From Candidatus Parcubacteria bacterium (lineage in GTDB: Bacteria; Patescibacteriota; Minisyncoccia; Phycocordibacterales; CAIZLB01): a stretch of 59,014 nt of DNA. Made by a program: the position numbers and the translations under genes. Location: assembly GCA_039795775.1 (NCBI GenBank), contig JBDKLC010000005.1, positions 251,624 to 310,637 of the forward strand, written 5' to 3'. The notes under the pieces are model-generated. The model saw only the letters and a program-made list of their open reading frames with translations, ran no database searches and was not told the origin of the DNA. Below, one piece after another: positions 16,734-26,561 of this stretch; the stretch's first letter is position 1; every line of letters starts with the position of its first letter.

Positions 16734-17966
16734 TTATACCGTGGGCAGACCGAATTCTCCGGCTCGCTCGTTGAAGGCAGCAGCTTCTTCGTCACTCATT
16801 TCGAGCAGTTCACGCACTGGCGCATTGCCGTCCGCAAAAGATTCGAAATTTGGACCTTTCCAAGGTTCGATGCCACTGCCCGACTTCAGTTCGTCATACG
16901 ACACCGTAGGTTGGTTGTCGACGACTCGCCGAATATTTTCGGTGCCGACTTTAAGACCTTGGCGAACGTTCTGGAGGAAGAGGCACTCACCTTCATAGAC
17001 GCCCCATGCTCCCTTCGGGTTACGAGCATGTTCGAGCCAAAGGACGCTCCCGAACAGCGCCGCTGTTTCTGGATTGAAGATTCCGAAGGTGGCAAATTTG
17101 CCAGCCTGATCTTTGAACGGCAACCCGTGCTGACGGTGACGGAATCCCGGAACGCTCCGATCAAAGAACGCGCTTTTGGCGTGTCCTGGGACAATGATGT
17201 CCGCAGCGACGGCATCTTTGACCAGCGTAACCGTGTCATCTTCCTCCTTATCGGGATGAGATACATCCAGACCCACCTTGGTAGCTGCTTTCGCTTCATC
17301 ACTCTGCAGAAAGTTCCGCATGTTGATGATGTCCATGGTGCTTTGAAGAGTCTGCATGACGTGCCAGATCTCGAAGCCGATTTCGACTCCGCACGCAGTC
17401 GCGTGTTTGAGCGTCTCTTCCCATTGCATAGCCAAAAAGAGCAACGCCTGGTGTTTAAGACGACGAGGGAGTGTGCTCCACTGATCGTGGTGAGGGAGGT
17501 CTCGTCCGCCACAGAATGTCTGATGTCGGTTGATGCCGAGGAGCTGACTCAGCGTGAGGACGTCGCGGATGCGAGCGTGGGCAGCCTTCTCGATATCTTG
17601 GATAGAAGCATGTTTGCGCGCTTCTGCCTGCGGGTCAAAGCCCTTGAAACGTGGCCAATAGACTGGGTTGCCGCTGGCGAGTTGACCGTCTGTGTGACTT
17701 TCGAGACGGACGATTTGGAGCCCGATTTTGCGGTAGTGTTCCACAAATTCGTGGCGCGCATCGGCGTTGCTGATGAGTCCTTGGACGTCGAGCATGCCAG
17801 TGTGCATGCTGATGCCAGTGACTCCGCATTCTCCGACGCAAAAGCGCCAGAGGTCGTCGGCCGTTTTGAATTGGCCCGGCTTATCTCCAACGCCTATGGC
17901 GAGGAGCTGTGGTGTGAATACCGCTACTTGCGGCTTTTCTAGTTTTGCAGGAGCAGGTGTGCTCAT
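16734..17966 (-). CDS. GC-rich foreign-looking CDS, tentatively xylose-isomerase-like TIM-barrel (sugar phosphate isomerase/epimerase family)
   Basis: 410 aa. Bracketed by terminators on both sides. The family assignment is from general resemblance only and needs an HMM search. Confidence 0.55.
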   Translation of the reverse strand: MSTPAPAKLEKPQVAVFTPQLLAIGVGDKPGQFKTADDLWRFCVGECGVTGISMHTGMLDVQGLISNADARHEFVEHYRKIGLQIVRLESHTDGQLASGNPVYWPRFKGFDPQAEARKHASIQDIEKAAHARIRDVLTLSQLLGINRHQTFCGGRDLPHHDQWSTLPRRLKHQALLFLAMQWEETLKHATACGVEIGFEIWHVMQTLQSTMDIINMRNFLQSDEAKAATKVGLDVSHPDKEEDDTVTLVKDAVAADIIVPGHAKSAFFDRSVPGFRHRQHGLPFKDQAGKFATFGIFNPETAALFGSVLWLEHARNPKGAWGVYEGECLFLQNVRQGLKVGTENIRRVVDNQPTVSYDELKSGSGIEPWKGPNFESFADGNAPVRELLEMSDEEAAAFNERAGEFGLPTV

Positions 17967-18026
17967 TGTCGTTTATTTTCTATCTAGGTGTTTGTGTTCC
18001 TTGTGTATTTCGTTGTAAAACGAAAA

Positions 18027-18050
18027 ATAGCGCACCAAGGGGTGCGTTAT
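18027..18050 (-). terminator. Intrinsic terminator ending the asnB / small-membrane-protein unit
   Basis: cgcacc / ggtgcg stem extended by A-T pairs. A5 on the plus strand gives a T-run on the minus strand. Confidence 0.65.
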
Positions 18051-18164
18051 AGCCGTGAGTTATCAAGGAACGATTAGCCGTTCTAAATACTACACAAAAA
18101 TATCAAAACGTCAATGTTTGTAGCCCTATAAATTAAGTTTTTGATAAATCAAAAAAATAGACTT

Positions 18165-18404
18165 TCAGTTCGCAACACTCTTCACAAAACCGAAGATTTC
18201 GAGGAGGTCAGCCCAGACGAGTCGAATCATATCTCGTACATATATAGCGAAATCACGAACCCATTGCTTTGCAAGAAGCTGTGTGAGATCAATTCCGAGG
18301 AGGTGTAATATAACGAGCGCTACAATCACTACGACGATCAATTCTACGAATCCTTTTTGATTATTTTTTGAAGATTTGTTCATGATACCTTTGATACAGT
18401 GCAA
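18165..18404 (-). CDS. Hypothetical small membrane protein
   Basis: 79 aa with one TM helix. Abuts the asnB stop. Confidence 0.5.
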   Translation of the reverse strand: MHCIKGIMNKSSKNNQKGFVELIVVVIVALVILHLLGIDLTQLLAKQWVRDFAIYVRDMIRLVWADLLEIFGFVKSVAN

Positions 18405-20276
18405 CTATGCCTTCTTAATAAAAGAATTATACCACAACGCAAGCATAAGTAAGATGTAGATTTTTCGTGAGTGATCAGCCTTTTGATCGAGGTGATCTTG
18501 TGCGAGCTTATTGATGTACTCCATATCCATCTTTGACTGGATATATGGGTTTTCACGAATAAGTTTCATTACTTCGTCAGGTCGTTCACGAAGCCAATGT
18601 TTTATTGGTGTTGGGAAACCGAGCTTTTTTCGCTCAGACGTTTCTCGAGGCAAAATAGACCGAAATGCTTCTCGTAAAATAAACTTTGTAGTGCCAGCTT
18701 TATATTTGAGTTCATCAGGAATTTTTTCTGAAAGCTTTGCAACTTCAATATCGAGAAATGGAACTCGGAGTTCAAGCGAATGAGCCATCGTCATTTTGTC
18801 TGCCTTGGCGAGAATGTCGCCAGGAAGCCAATAGTGTAGATCGATAAACTGCATTTTTCGAGAATCAGATTCCCCTTCAACTTGTTTATAAAAAGGTGTA
18901 AGAGATGTACGAACAGGGGCGGCACTACCTGACTTCCCTTTCCAAATCTTTGTTTGTTCAGAAGGCTTGAAAATATAGGCATTACCAATATATCGTTCTT
19001 CAAGAGTTGTCAGTGCTCGTCGAAGATAATTTTTACCGAAGAAATTAAACGGAAGCTTTGTGAGTGGCTTGATGATACCGTTTCGAATGAATCCTGGAAG
19101 TCCAGCAATAGGTGCGAGAGCAAATGGTTCTCGGTAAATATTGTATCCTCCGAAAAGTTCATCAGATCCTTCACCTGAGAGTACTACTTTTACTTTCTTT
19201 CGAGCCTCTCGAGACAAGAAATACAAAGCTACTGCTGATGGGTCTGCAACTGGTTCGTCGAAATGCCATGCAATTTTTGGCAATTCATTAAAATATTCAT
19301 CAAAAGAAATTAAAATTTCTTGGTGGTCTGTGCCGAGTTTGTCAGCAACTACTCGTGCTTCAGAATGCTCGCTCACGTGGTCAAAACCAATAGTAAATGT
19401 TGAAACAGGACCAGCTTTCTGCTGATTTCTAATTTCTTGAATAAGTGTGACGATGATGGCTGAGTCGACACCTCCAGAAAGGAATGCACCAACAGGTACA
19501 TCACTGATCATGTGGTGTGCAACTGAGTCTTTTATTGTGGCTGCAATTTCAGTAGCGAGATTTTTCTCTGTGAGCTGTTCTGCAGGAACAGTGTGATTGA
19601 ACTGATACTGCCAGTATTTCTTTATGATATGCGTACCTGAAGAAAGGTCTATATGAATAAAATGACCTGGTGGTAATCTGAAAATACCCTTGAACATTGT
19701 TTCTTCGAGTGGGTTGTATTGAAACGAAAGATAGTTGAATACTGCTTCATCATTTACTTCTGGGGTATATGCAGAATCTTTGAGAAGGCTTTTTATTTCA
19801 GATCCAAAACTTACGATTTGACCTTTTTCGTTGAGTCGATAGTAGATTGGTTTGATACCAAAATAGTCTCTAGCAATAAAGAGTGTATTTTTATTTTTAT
19901 CAAAAATAGCAAAACCGAACATTCCTCGGAGCTTTGTGAGCATGTCTGTACCGTATTGTTCATACAAATGTACGAGACCTTCTGTATCACTATGAGTTTT
20001 GAATTGATGACCTGCTTTTTCTAGATCAGGCTGGAGTTCTTTGTAGTTGTAAATTTCACCATTGAATACAACGGTGATCGTTCCATCTTCGTTAGAAATT
20101 GGTTGATGACCACCTCCGATATCAATAATCGAAAGCCGTCGCATACCAAATGAAAATGCGTCTTCAACCAAGATACCTTGATCGTCTGGACCTCTATGAA
20201 TAATTTGATCCACCATTGCTTGGATAGTTGGTGCTGTGTACTCTTTTTTGCCGATGATTCCTGCGATGCCGCACAT
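18405..20276 (-). CDS. asnB: Asparagine synthase (glutamine-hydrolysing)
   Basis: 623 aa. N-terminal MCGIAG Ntn-amidotransferase start; SGGVDS PP-loop. Confidence 0.9.
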   Translation of the reverse strand: MCGIAGIIGKKEYTAPTIQAMVDQIIHRGPDDQGILVEDAFSFGMRRLSIIDIGGGHQPISNEDGTITVVFNGEIYNYKELQPDLEKAGHQFKTHSDTEGLVHLYEQYGTDMLTKLRGMFGFAIFDKNKNTLFIARDYFGIKPIYYRLNEKGQIVSFGSEIKSLLKDSAYTPEVNDEAVFNYLSFQYNPLEETMFKGIFRLPPGHFIHIDLSSGTHIIKKYWQYQFNHTVPAEQLTEKNLATEIAATIKDSVAHHMISDVPVGAFLSGGVDSAIIVTLIQEIRNQQKAGPVSTFTIGFDHVSEHSEARVVADKLGTDHQEILISFDEYFNELPKIAWHFDEPVADPSAVALYFLSREARKKVKVVLSGEGSDELFGGYNIYREPFALAPIAGLPGFIRNGIIKPLTKLPFNFFGKNYLRRALTTLEERYIGNAYIFKPSEQTKIWKGKSGSAAPVRTSLTPFYKQVEGESDSRKMQFIDLHYWLPGDILAKADKMTMAHSLELRVPFLDIEVAKLSEKIPDELKYKAGTTKFILREAFRSILPRETSERKKLGFPTPIKHWLRERPDEVMKLIRENPYIQSKMDMEYINKLAQDHLDQKADHSRKIYILLMLALWYNSFIKKA

Positions 20277-20316
20277 AATAATTTAAGAAATTCTTGAAGA
20301 AAAATTGATAAGTATT

Positions 20317-21663
20317 TTATTGTGGAAAGTATAACATAGGATCAAGGTACGCTTCCGTCGCAGCAATTGGCATTGTGTATATTCGACCACCGCATGATGC
20401 ACTTGGTCTGTTTTGTACGCTCACACCGTTGGCAGGATAGACTGTGATGTGAAGGTGCGGACCCGTAGAATAGCCGGTATTTCCACTGTAGCCGATGACC
20501 TCTCCGAGAGTTACTGTTTGGCCCTGTTTTACGTTTATAACAGACAAATGACCATAGGTGGCTGCTAGACCGTTATCAAACTTAATGAGTATCCAGCGGC
20601 CAAATGAAGCCCCTGGGCAGGTGATATCTGTGTCCCCTGCTCCTAGCACCACGCCAGAAGCCATAGCTTTTACTGGTGTGCCCGTTCTTGTACCAAAGTC
20701 TACCCCGTTGTGAGATCCAGACACATAGAGTCGCTTTGCCGATACTGTCTTACCAAATCGCTGCGTGATAACGACTTTGTCTAATGGCCATGATAGTGGA
20801 CTTGAACCAACCTTTGGAAGTTTCGAAGGATCAAGGGTGTATTTGAGTTGTGATTCGTAATCGAATACTTCTTTTTCAAAAGAAGCTTTTAGTGCTTGTT
20901 TTTGCTTCAACACTTCTTGAAATGTTTTTTCTTCATTCTTTGTTACAGAAAGAATTTTTGTTTGTTCGTTTTTGTTGTATTCAATTACTTTCTTTTTGCC
21001 TGCAAGTTCAGATTGTAATTTCACAAGCTCATCTTTTCTTGTTATCTCTGTTTGCTTGTTTGATTCGTATTTTTTCTTTTCCATAGAAAGTTGCTGATTG
21101 AGCTCTTTCATACGTTTGTTTATCTGAAAAAGCTGGTCTACTTCGTTGAGAAGACTGGAAAGGCTTTTTTCTGAAAGGAATATTTCAATGACACCCATTC
21201 TATCTTTATCGTCTATTTCCCGAATGTTTTCAGCAATAGAATTTTTATATAAATCAATTGATTCTTCAGATTCGCTGATGACGATATTGAGTCGTGTGAT
21301 GTCTAATGATGTTGCCTCAATTTTTTCTTTGATTCGTCTGATGTCGAGATCGAGACTTTTACCTGTAGCCTCGAGTTTTTTAATTGAGCCTTGGAGTGAA
21401 AGAGCTTCTTTACTTGTCTTGTCAGCGAGATCTTGGTATTCCTTAATCTCTTTTGTTAGTTGCACGATTGTTCTGTTTCGCTCGTCAATCTTTCGCTGCA
21501 ATTCAGCTGCATCGGCAGCCTTTGAAGCAGATGGTTGTGTAGTCGCTACAGCTTGAGCAAAAAGCTGCATTGGTTGTGCAATCAAAAAAACTGCATAGAG
21601 CAAAGTTGCGGTAGCGAAAGCTACGAGACTAAGATATGCAGTTTTTTTTGAATTATGCTTCAT
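20317..21663 (-). CDS. M23 family metallopeptidase with long coiled-coil (EnvC-like)
   Basis: 448 aa. Signal/TM, coiled-coil, HNGVDFG and GNTGYSTGPHLH M23 motifs. Confidence 0.85.
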   Translation of the reverse strand: MKHNSKKTAYLSLVAFATATLLYAVFLIAQPMQLFAQAVATTQPSASKAADAAELQRKIDERNRTIVQLTKEIKEYQDLADKTSKEALSLQGSIKKLEATGKSLDLDIRRIKEKIEATSLDITRLNIVISESEESIDLYKNSIAENIREIDDKDRMGVIEIFLSEKSLSSLLNEVDQLFQINKRMKELNQQLSMEKKKYESNKQTEITRKDELVKLQSELAGKKKVIEYNKNEQTKILSVTKNEEKTFQEVLKQKQALKASFEKEVFDYESQLKYTLDPSKLPKVGSSPLSWPLDKVVITQRFGKTVSAKRLYVSGSHNGVDFGTRTGTPVKAMASGVVLGAGDTDITCPGASFGRWILIKFDNGLAATYGHLSVINVKQGQTVTLGEVIGYSGNTGYSTGPHLHITVYPANGVSVQNRPSASCGGRIYTMPIAATEAYLDPMLYFPQ

Positions 21664-23026
21664 GTACTAATTGCTGTGCCTTAGAAATACGTGCGAGTGT
21701 TTCGTCTTTGCCAACAATATACGATAGTACAAATGGATCTGGAGACTTTTCTTTTCCTGAAAGAGCTGCTCGAAGGGCCCAAAGGACAAGACCTCGGCCA
21801 GTCTCGTCTGCATATGGCCACAAGATTTCTTTTATCTTTTCTGCAGTCCAGTCCGACGCTTCAATTGAACTCAATAGTTCTGAAGTTCTTGTGAAAATTG
21901 GATCAAGGTCTTTGATTGTTACATCTTTACCTTTTCTTAATTTTTCAGGACAAAGGAGAAGAGCAGTATCATATGAAGGCTTCATAAAGAAATATTCAAG
22001 ATCACCTGTCTCTTCCATTTCTGCAAGCTCTCCAAAATAAGAAATCTTTTCTCGAAGTGTCGGCATCAAACGTGTGAGAATGTCGGAGTTCTTAACGAAT
22101 TCTTGATATTTTGTTGGAAGAAATTTCATCACCCATTCTGTATACTCTGCATCAGAAAGTCGTTTGCAATGTTCTTTGTTAAACCATTTAAGTCGCACTT
22201 CATCGAAGATAGCACTCGCTTTTTGAACCTTTGAGAGATCAAATTGAGCAATGATTTCTTCGAGTGTAAGTACTTCGTTATCCCCTACTGGATGCCAACC
22301 GAGAAGACAGAGATAGTTTATAAGACCAATTGGAAGATATCCTTTTTCCATGTATTGAGTCGGATGTGCAGCACCTTTTCGTGACGAAAGCTTTGTTCGA
22401 TCTGGGGCATTTACGAGAGGGAAGTGCGCATAAATAGGTGTCGGTGCACCAAGAGCTCGCTGAATAAGCACATGTCGTGGTGTGTTTGAGATATGGTCTT
22501 CACCTCGAAGGATATGGGTAACTCCTGCATCAAAGTCATCTACCACTACTGCAAAATGGAAAATAGGCTCATCAATATTCTTCGCGATGATAAAGTCACC
22601 GAGGTCAGTTGTATCCATTTCCACAGTCCCTCGGATAAGATCAGTAAATGAAACTTTTTCGTTTGGATTATTGAATCGAATGAGTTCGTTTATTTTTCCA
22701 CTACCATCTTTTGCTTCTTCTGGAGAAACATACGCAAGACCTTTTTCAATGAGTTGCTTAAGGTAAGTTCGTTGTGTGTCGATGTTCTTTGTCTGGATGT
22801 ATACCTTGTCATAACTGAGTCCGAGCCAGTTGAGTGTATCGTAGATATTCTGCTCAAATTCTGGTTTGTTTCGCGCTTTGTCAGTGTCTTCAATTCGAAG
22901 CACAAAAGATCCACCATGCTGTTTGGCATAGATATAGTCAAAAAGGGCTGTTCTGTAGTTACCGACATGTTTATATCCTGTCGGAGATGGTGCAAATCGC
23001 GTTACGACTTTTGGGTCTGAATTCAT
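21653..23026 (-). CDS. gltX: Glutamate--tRNA ligase
   Basis: 457 aa. RFAPSPTGYKHVGN (HIGH region); KLSSRKG (KMSKS-type). Confidence 0.95.
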   Translation of the reverse strand: MNSDPKVVTRFAPSPTGYKHVGNYRTALFDYIYAKQHGGSFVLRIEDTDKARNKPEFEQNIYDTLNWLGLSYDKVYIQTKNIDTQRTYLKQLIEKGLAYVSPEEAKDGSGKINELIRFNNPNEKVSFTDLIRGTVEMDTTDLGDFIIAKNIDEPIFHFAVVVDDFDAGVTHILRGEDHISNTPRHVLIQRALGAPTPIYAHFPLVNAPDRTKLSSRKGAAHPTQYMEKGYLPIGLINYLCLLGWHPVGDNEVLTLEEIIAQFDLSKVQKASAIFDEVRLKWFNKEHCKRLSDAEYTEWVMKFLPTKYQEFVKNSDILTRLMPTLREKISYFGELAEMEETGDLEYFFMKPSYDTALLLCPEKLRKGKDVTIKDLDPIFTRTSELLSSIEASDWTAEKIKEILWPYADETGRGLVLWALRAALSGKEKSPDPFVLSYIVGKDETLARISKAQQLVHEA

Positions 23027-23106
23027 ATATATTTATATCTTCTTTATACCAATTTAAGGTGGTTTGTGCTAGTTGGGCCTACCGAAGTGCTAGAAAGAGG
23101 CTTTTG

Positions 23107-24249
23107 TTAGACTACCTCGTGAGAAAGGGCAATTTTCATCACCTCCTGGGCAATAAGGTGAGCTGAATCCTGTCGGGCAAACTTCTTTGCTGCATTACGC
23201 ATGTTTTCAGCAATCTGTGGATGTTGCATGATTCGTTCTATTTCATTTTCAATGATTTCTGGACTGAGGTTTGATTCTTCTACAACAACTGCCGCACCTT
23301 CTCTTGCATAGTTATATGAATTCTTTCGCTGGTGGTCTCCGTTTGACTCTGTGATCGGCACGAGAATACTTGGAATACCCCAAAGCGAAATTTCGAAGAT
23401 AGTAGATCCTCCTCGAGAGATAATAATATTTGCTACACCGGCTGACATACGCATAGCGAGGTTGTTGAGATAATCGTAGGGCTTGTATCGATCTTTGTGA
23501 GGACTGTTTTCGAGTACTACACCAGCTGTTCGCTTCACCTCATCAAAATTCTTTCGGCCTGTCTGATGAATGATCTGATATTTTTCGACGAGTCGTGGAA
23601 GTGCTGTGAGAATAGAATCATTAATAATTTTTGCACCCTGTGATCCACATAGAATGACGATAGTTGGAAGGCTTTCTTCGAGCTGAAGATATTCTGTTGC
23701 GCCAGTTGTGAGAGGTTCTCTCACTTCTTTTCGGACAGGGTTTCCAGTGTACGCCACTCTATTTTCTGGAAAATAAGCTGCTGCTTCCTTGTACGACACT
23801 GCAATCTTTGTAGCAAATTTGCCTGCCCATGCATTAACTCGACCTGGAACACTATCAGACTCATGGAGTACAATTGGAATTCGAAGTATTCGCGCAGCAA
23901 GAAGAGCAGGAAAACTACCAAAGCCACCTTTTGCAAATACGACATCTGGGAAAATGAAATAAAGCTTGAGAATAGCACTCACAACGCCTAATCCCATTTT
24001 GAAAATATCAATAAAGTTTTTTATAACATTTATTCCTGTTGGGTTGATTCGTCGCTTCCCTGCCATTACAGGTACAAACCGAATGTCATGATCAAAAATT
24101 TCTTTTGGATTGTACTGGTCTGGAGCCATGAAGTAGAGTTTCGGCTCGAGGATTTTTTCTTTTCGGGCTATTTCTTGAATTTCTTCACAAACAGCAATGA
24201 TAGGATAAAAGTGTCCTCCACTGCCTCCTCCTGTCGTTAGTATTTTCAT
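23107..24249 (-). CDS. murG: Undecaprenyl-PP-MurNAc-pentapeptide GlcNAc transferase MurG
   Basis: 380 aa. MKILTTGGGSGGHFYP N-terminus, GT28 architecture, position next to ftsW. Confidence 0.9.
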   Translation of the reverse strand: MKILTTGGGSGGHFYPIIAVCEEIQEIARKEKILEPKLYFMAPDQYNPKEIFDHDIRFVPVMAGKRRINPTGINVIKNFIDIFKMGLGVVSAILKLYFIFPDVVFAKGGFGSFPALLAARILRIPIVLHESDSVPGRVNAWAGKFATKIAVSYKEAAAYFPENRVAYTGNPVRKEVREPLTTGATEYLQLEESLPTIVILCGSQGAKIINDSILTALPRLVEKYQIIHQTGRKNFDEVKRTAGVVLENSPHKDRYKPYDYLNNLAMRMSAGVANIIISRGGSTIFEISLWGIPSILVPITESNGDHQRKNSYNYAREGAAVVVEESNLSPEIIENEIERIMQHPQIAENMRNAAKKFARQDSAHLIAQEVMKIALSHEVV

Positions 24250-24333
24250 CCTCTGATTTTATCAGTTTTTAGAGCCAACATGAAGTGTATAAGTAAAAGG
24301 GGCTTAAACGCGTCACTCGCATTTTTGCTCGCC

Positions 24334-25449
24334 TTATGAGCTCGATTCAAGCTTCTTTTGGTATCGAGAGATATTCATGATGATCCCTGTAGATGCGAGC
24401 GTAAAGAAAAGTGCTGTTCCTCCGTGACTTATGAAAAGGAGTGGCGTTCCCGAGAGCGGAATAATAGCGAGCATCGCTGCAATATTAAGAAGCGATTGGG
24501 TGACAATCAATATAATAATGCCCACAACCATGTATGAAGCGAAGGGGTCAGGTGCACGAATAGCAATACGGAATCCACGATATGCAAATGTGAGGTACAG
24601 CATAATAATTGCAACCGAGCCGACGAAGCCGAATTCTTCAGCCGCTACTGAAAAGATAGAGTCACCTATTTGTTCAGGAAGAAAATTAAATTTTTGAATA
24701 CTTTGACCAAAGCCTCGACCAAACATTCCTCCTGATCCAATAGCAATAAGAGATTGCTGAATTTGATAGCCACTTCCTGTTGGATCTTTGGAAGGGTCCA
24801 TAAATGTCTGCACACGCTTCATGAGATATGGTCGTGCAGTGATAAGAAGCGCCAAACCAAGCGCCCCAATGAGAAGCATTCCCATCAGGTCTCTCCAACG
24901 ACCACCAGCAGTAATGAAAATACCAAGACCTGCTGCAACAATAACAAGGAATGTATCGGTATCAGGTTGCATGAGCACGAGACCTGCTGTCACTGCAACG
25001 AGAATAATAAATGGAAGTGTTCCCAGTTTGAACGTACCCGCTTTTTGCTTTACAGAAGCGAGCCATGCAGAGAGATACATTACATATCCAATCTTGTATA
25101 ACTCAGCTGGCTGTAATGAAAATGTACCAAGGCCTATCCATCGTCTCGCTCCCCCGTGGAATACACCAATCCCTGGAATAAATACGAAAATCATAAGTAC
25201 TGCACAAGCTATGAAAATATAGAATGCTCGCTTTCTCCACCAGGTATAGTGGACGTGTGAGAGGATAACTGCCATTGTCACACCTCCGCAGAGTCCGAGA
25301 ACGAGTTGATTGAACATTACTGCATAAAACTTTCCTGTTCCTTGTGCTAAAAGGCCAAGAGAAGCAGATGCAAAAATAAGAAAGCCAACTACAACAAGTG
25401 CAGAGGTAATGAAAAGAAATGGTTTGTCGACTTTCTTTGATAATGCCAT
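24334..25449 (-). CDS. ftsW: SEDS-family peptidoglycan polymerase FtsW/RodA
   Basis: 371 aa, polytopic. QPAELYK and GQSIQKFNFLPE motifs. Lies between mraY and murG. Confidence 0.85.
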   Translation of the reverse strand: MALSKKVDKPFLFITSALVVVGFLIFASASLGLLAQGTGKFYAVMFNQLVLGLCGGVTMAVILSHVHYTWWRKRAFYIFIACAVLMIFVFIPGIGVFHGGARRWIGLGTFSLQPAELYKIGYVMYLSAWLASVKQKAGTFKLGTLPFIILVAVTAGLVLMQPDTDTFLVIVAAGLGIFITAGGRWRDLMGMLLIGALGLALLITARPYLMKRVQTFMDPSKDPTGSGYQIQQSLIAIGSGGMFGRGFGQSIQKFNFLPEQIGDSIFSVAAEEFGFVGSVAIIMLYLTFAYRGFRIAIRAPDPFASYMVVGIIILIVTQSLLNIAAMLAIIPLSGTPLLFISHGGTALFFTLASTGIIMNISRYQKKLESSS

Positions 25450-25480
25450 GAAATAAATGTTCTATGAGCTGCTCAACCTG

Positions 25481-26536
25481 TTACCCTATCAATGCAATAA
25501 TAACTCCAAACAATGCACATATAATAGAGATTACCCAGTATCGCATGGTTACTTTGTATGAAGGCCAACCTAAAGCTTCAAAGTGATGATGGAGTGGTGC
25601 AATTTTGAAAATCTTTTTTCCAAAATATTTTTTTGAGAACATTTGAAGTGAAGATGATGCAGATGTAATGAATAATGGGAATGCGATAAGTGGAAGAAGC
25701 ACGACCTGTTCTGTAAGGAAGGCCACGATGGCGAGAGTAACTGTAAGACCGAGCATACCTGTCTCTCCAAGATAGAAACGCGCAGGTGGAATGTTGAACC
25801 ATAGGAATGCGAGCAACCCCCCTACGATGACTGCACAGAATGCAGCGATATCTATCTGTAGCTGAGCAAAAGCAATAACAGAGTATGCAGCGAAAGCTGA
25901 AGCCATAACACCCGCTGCAAGGCCGTCTATACCGTCTATAACTGATCCAGAGAAGACTCCAAGCACTACCAGCATAAAGAATGGGATAAACAGCATTCCG
26001 AGGTCTATAGGGGCTCCAAACGGAATATTGATACTAAGCGTTCCGAGCTTGAAATAGAACCACCACGCCCCTACTGCTCCAATAAGAAGTACAACGAGAA
26101 TTCGCATTTTTCGAGAGATACCATCACTCATATTGAGACCCTTTCCATAAATCTGAAGTAAGTCGTCTACAAGACCAATAAGCGATGCAAAAATAAGCGC
26201 AAAGAGCGGAAGAATTGTTTGGTTGGTACTGAGGAAGTTGAGCTTTTGAGTAACGAGAGTTGGATAAATAAACGATGTGATCGCAATAATGAGAATAGTG
26301 AGGAGTACAGAAAGCCACACGAGAATGCCACCCACTCGAGGGGTACTTTTTTCTCCCCGCTCATTATGAATTTTTTTAAAATCAGCAGACATGGCGTCTT
26401 GATTTTCTTTACTTCGAGAAGAGTTCTTCCACATCTTCTTTCTGTACATGTAATTAGTAAGTGACGGTGTAAGTGCAAGGCCAACAATGAAACTTACAAT
26501 TGCTGGTGTAAGAATCTTTATAACGTTGAAAATCAT
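25481..26536 (-). CDS. mraY: Phospho-N-acetylmuramoyl-pentapeptide transferase MraY
   Basis: 351 aa, polytopic. DDLLQI, GIDGLAAG and PLHHHFE motifs. Confidence 0.9.
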   Translation of the reverse strand: MIFNVIKILTPAIVSFIVGLALTPSLTNYMYRKKMWKNSSRSKENQDAMSADFKKIHNERGEKSTPRVGGILVWLSVLLTILIIAITSFIYPTLVTQKLNFLSTNQTILPLFALIFASLIGLVDDLLQIYGKGLNMSDGISRKMRILVVLLIGAVGAWWFYFKLGTLSINIPFGAPIDLGMLFIPFFMLVVLGVFSGSVIDGIDGLAAGVMASAFAAYSVIAFAQLQIDIAAFCAVIVGGLLAFLWFNIPPARFYLGETGMLGLTVTLAIVAFLTEQVVLLPLIAFPLFITSASSSLQMFSKKYFGKKIFKIAPLHHHFEALGWPSYKVTMRYWVISIICALFGVIIALIG

Positions 26537-26561
26537 GAGACTTAGTATAGCTTAAAAATGG

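Noticed and set aside
16701-17942. 413-aa plus-strand ORF mirroring the 410-aa minus-strand gene, together with other antisense ORFs at 16636-16998, 16886-17512 and 17549-17890.
   Set aside because: Open antisense frames are expected in a GC-rich CDS. The plus-strand product is S/F/R-rich and featureless, whereas the minus-strand gene has an enzyme-like sequence, a -10-like box before its ATG and a terminator with a T-run on the minus strand.
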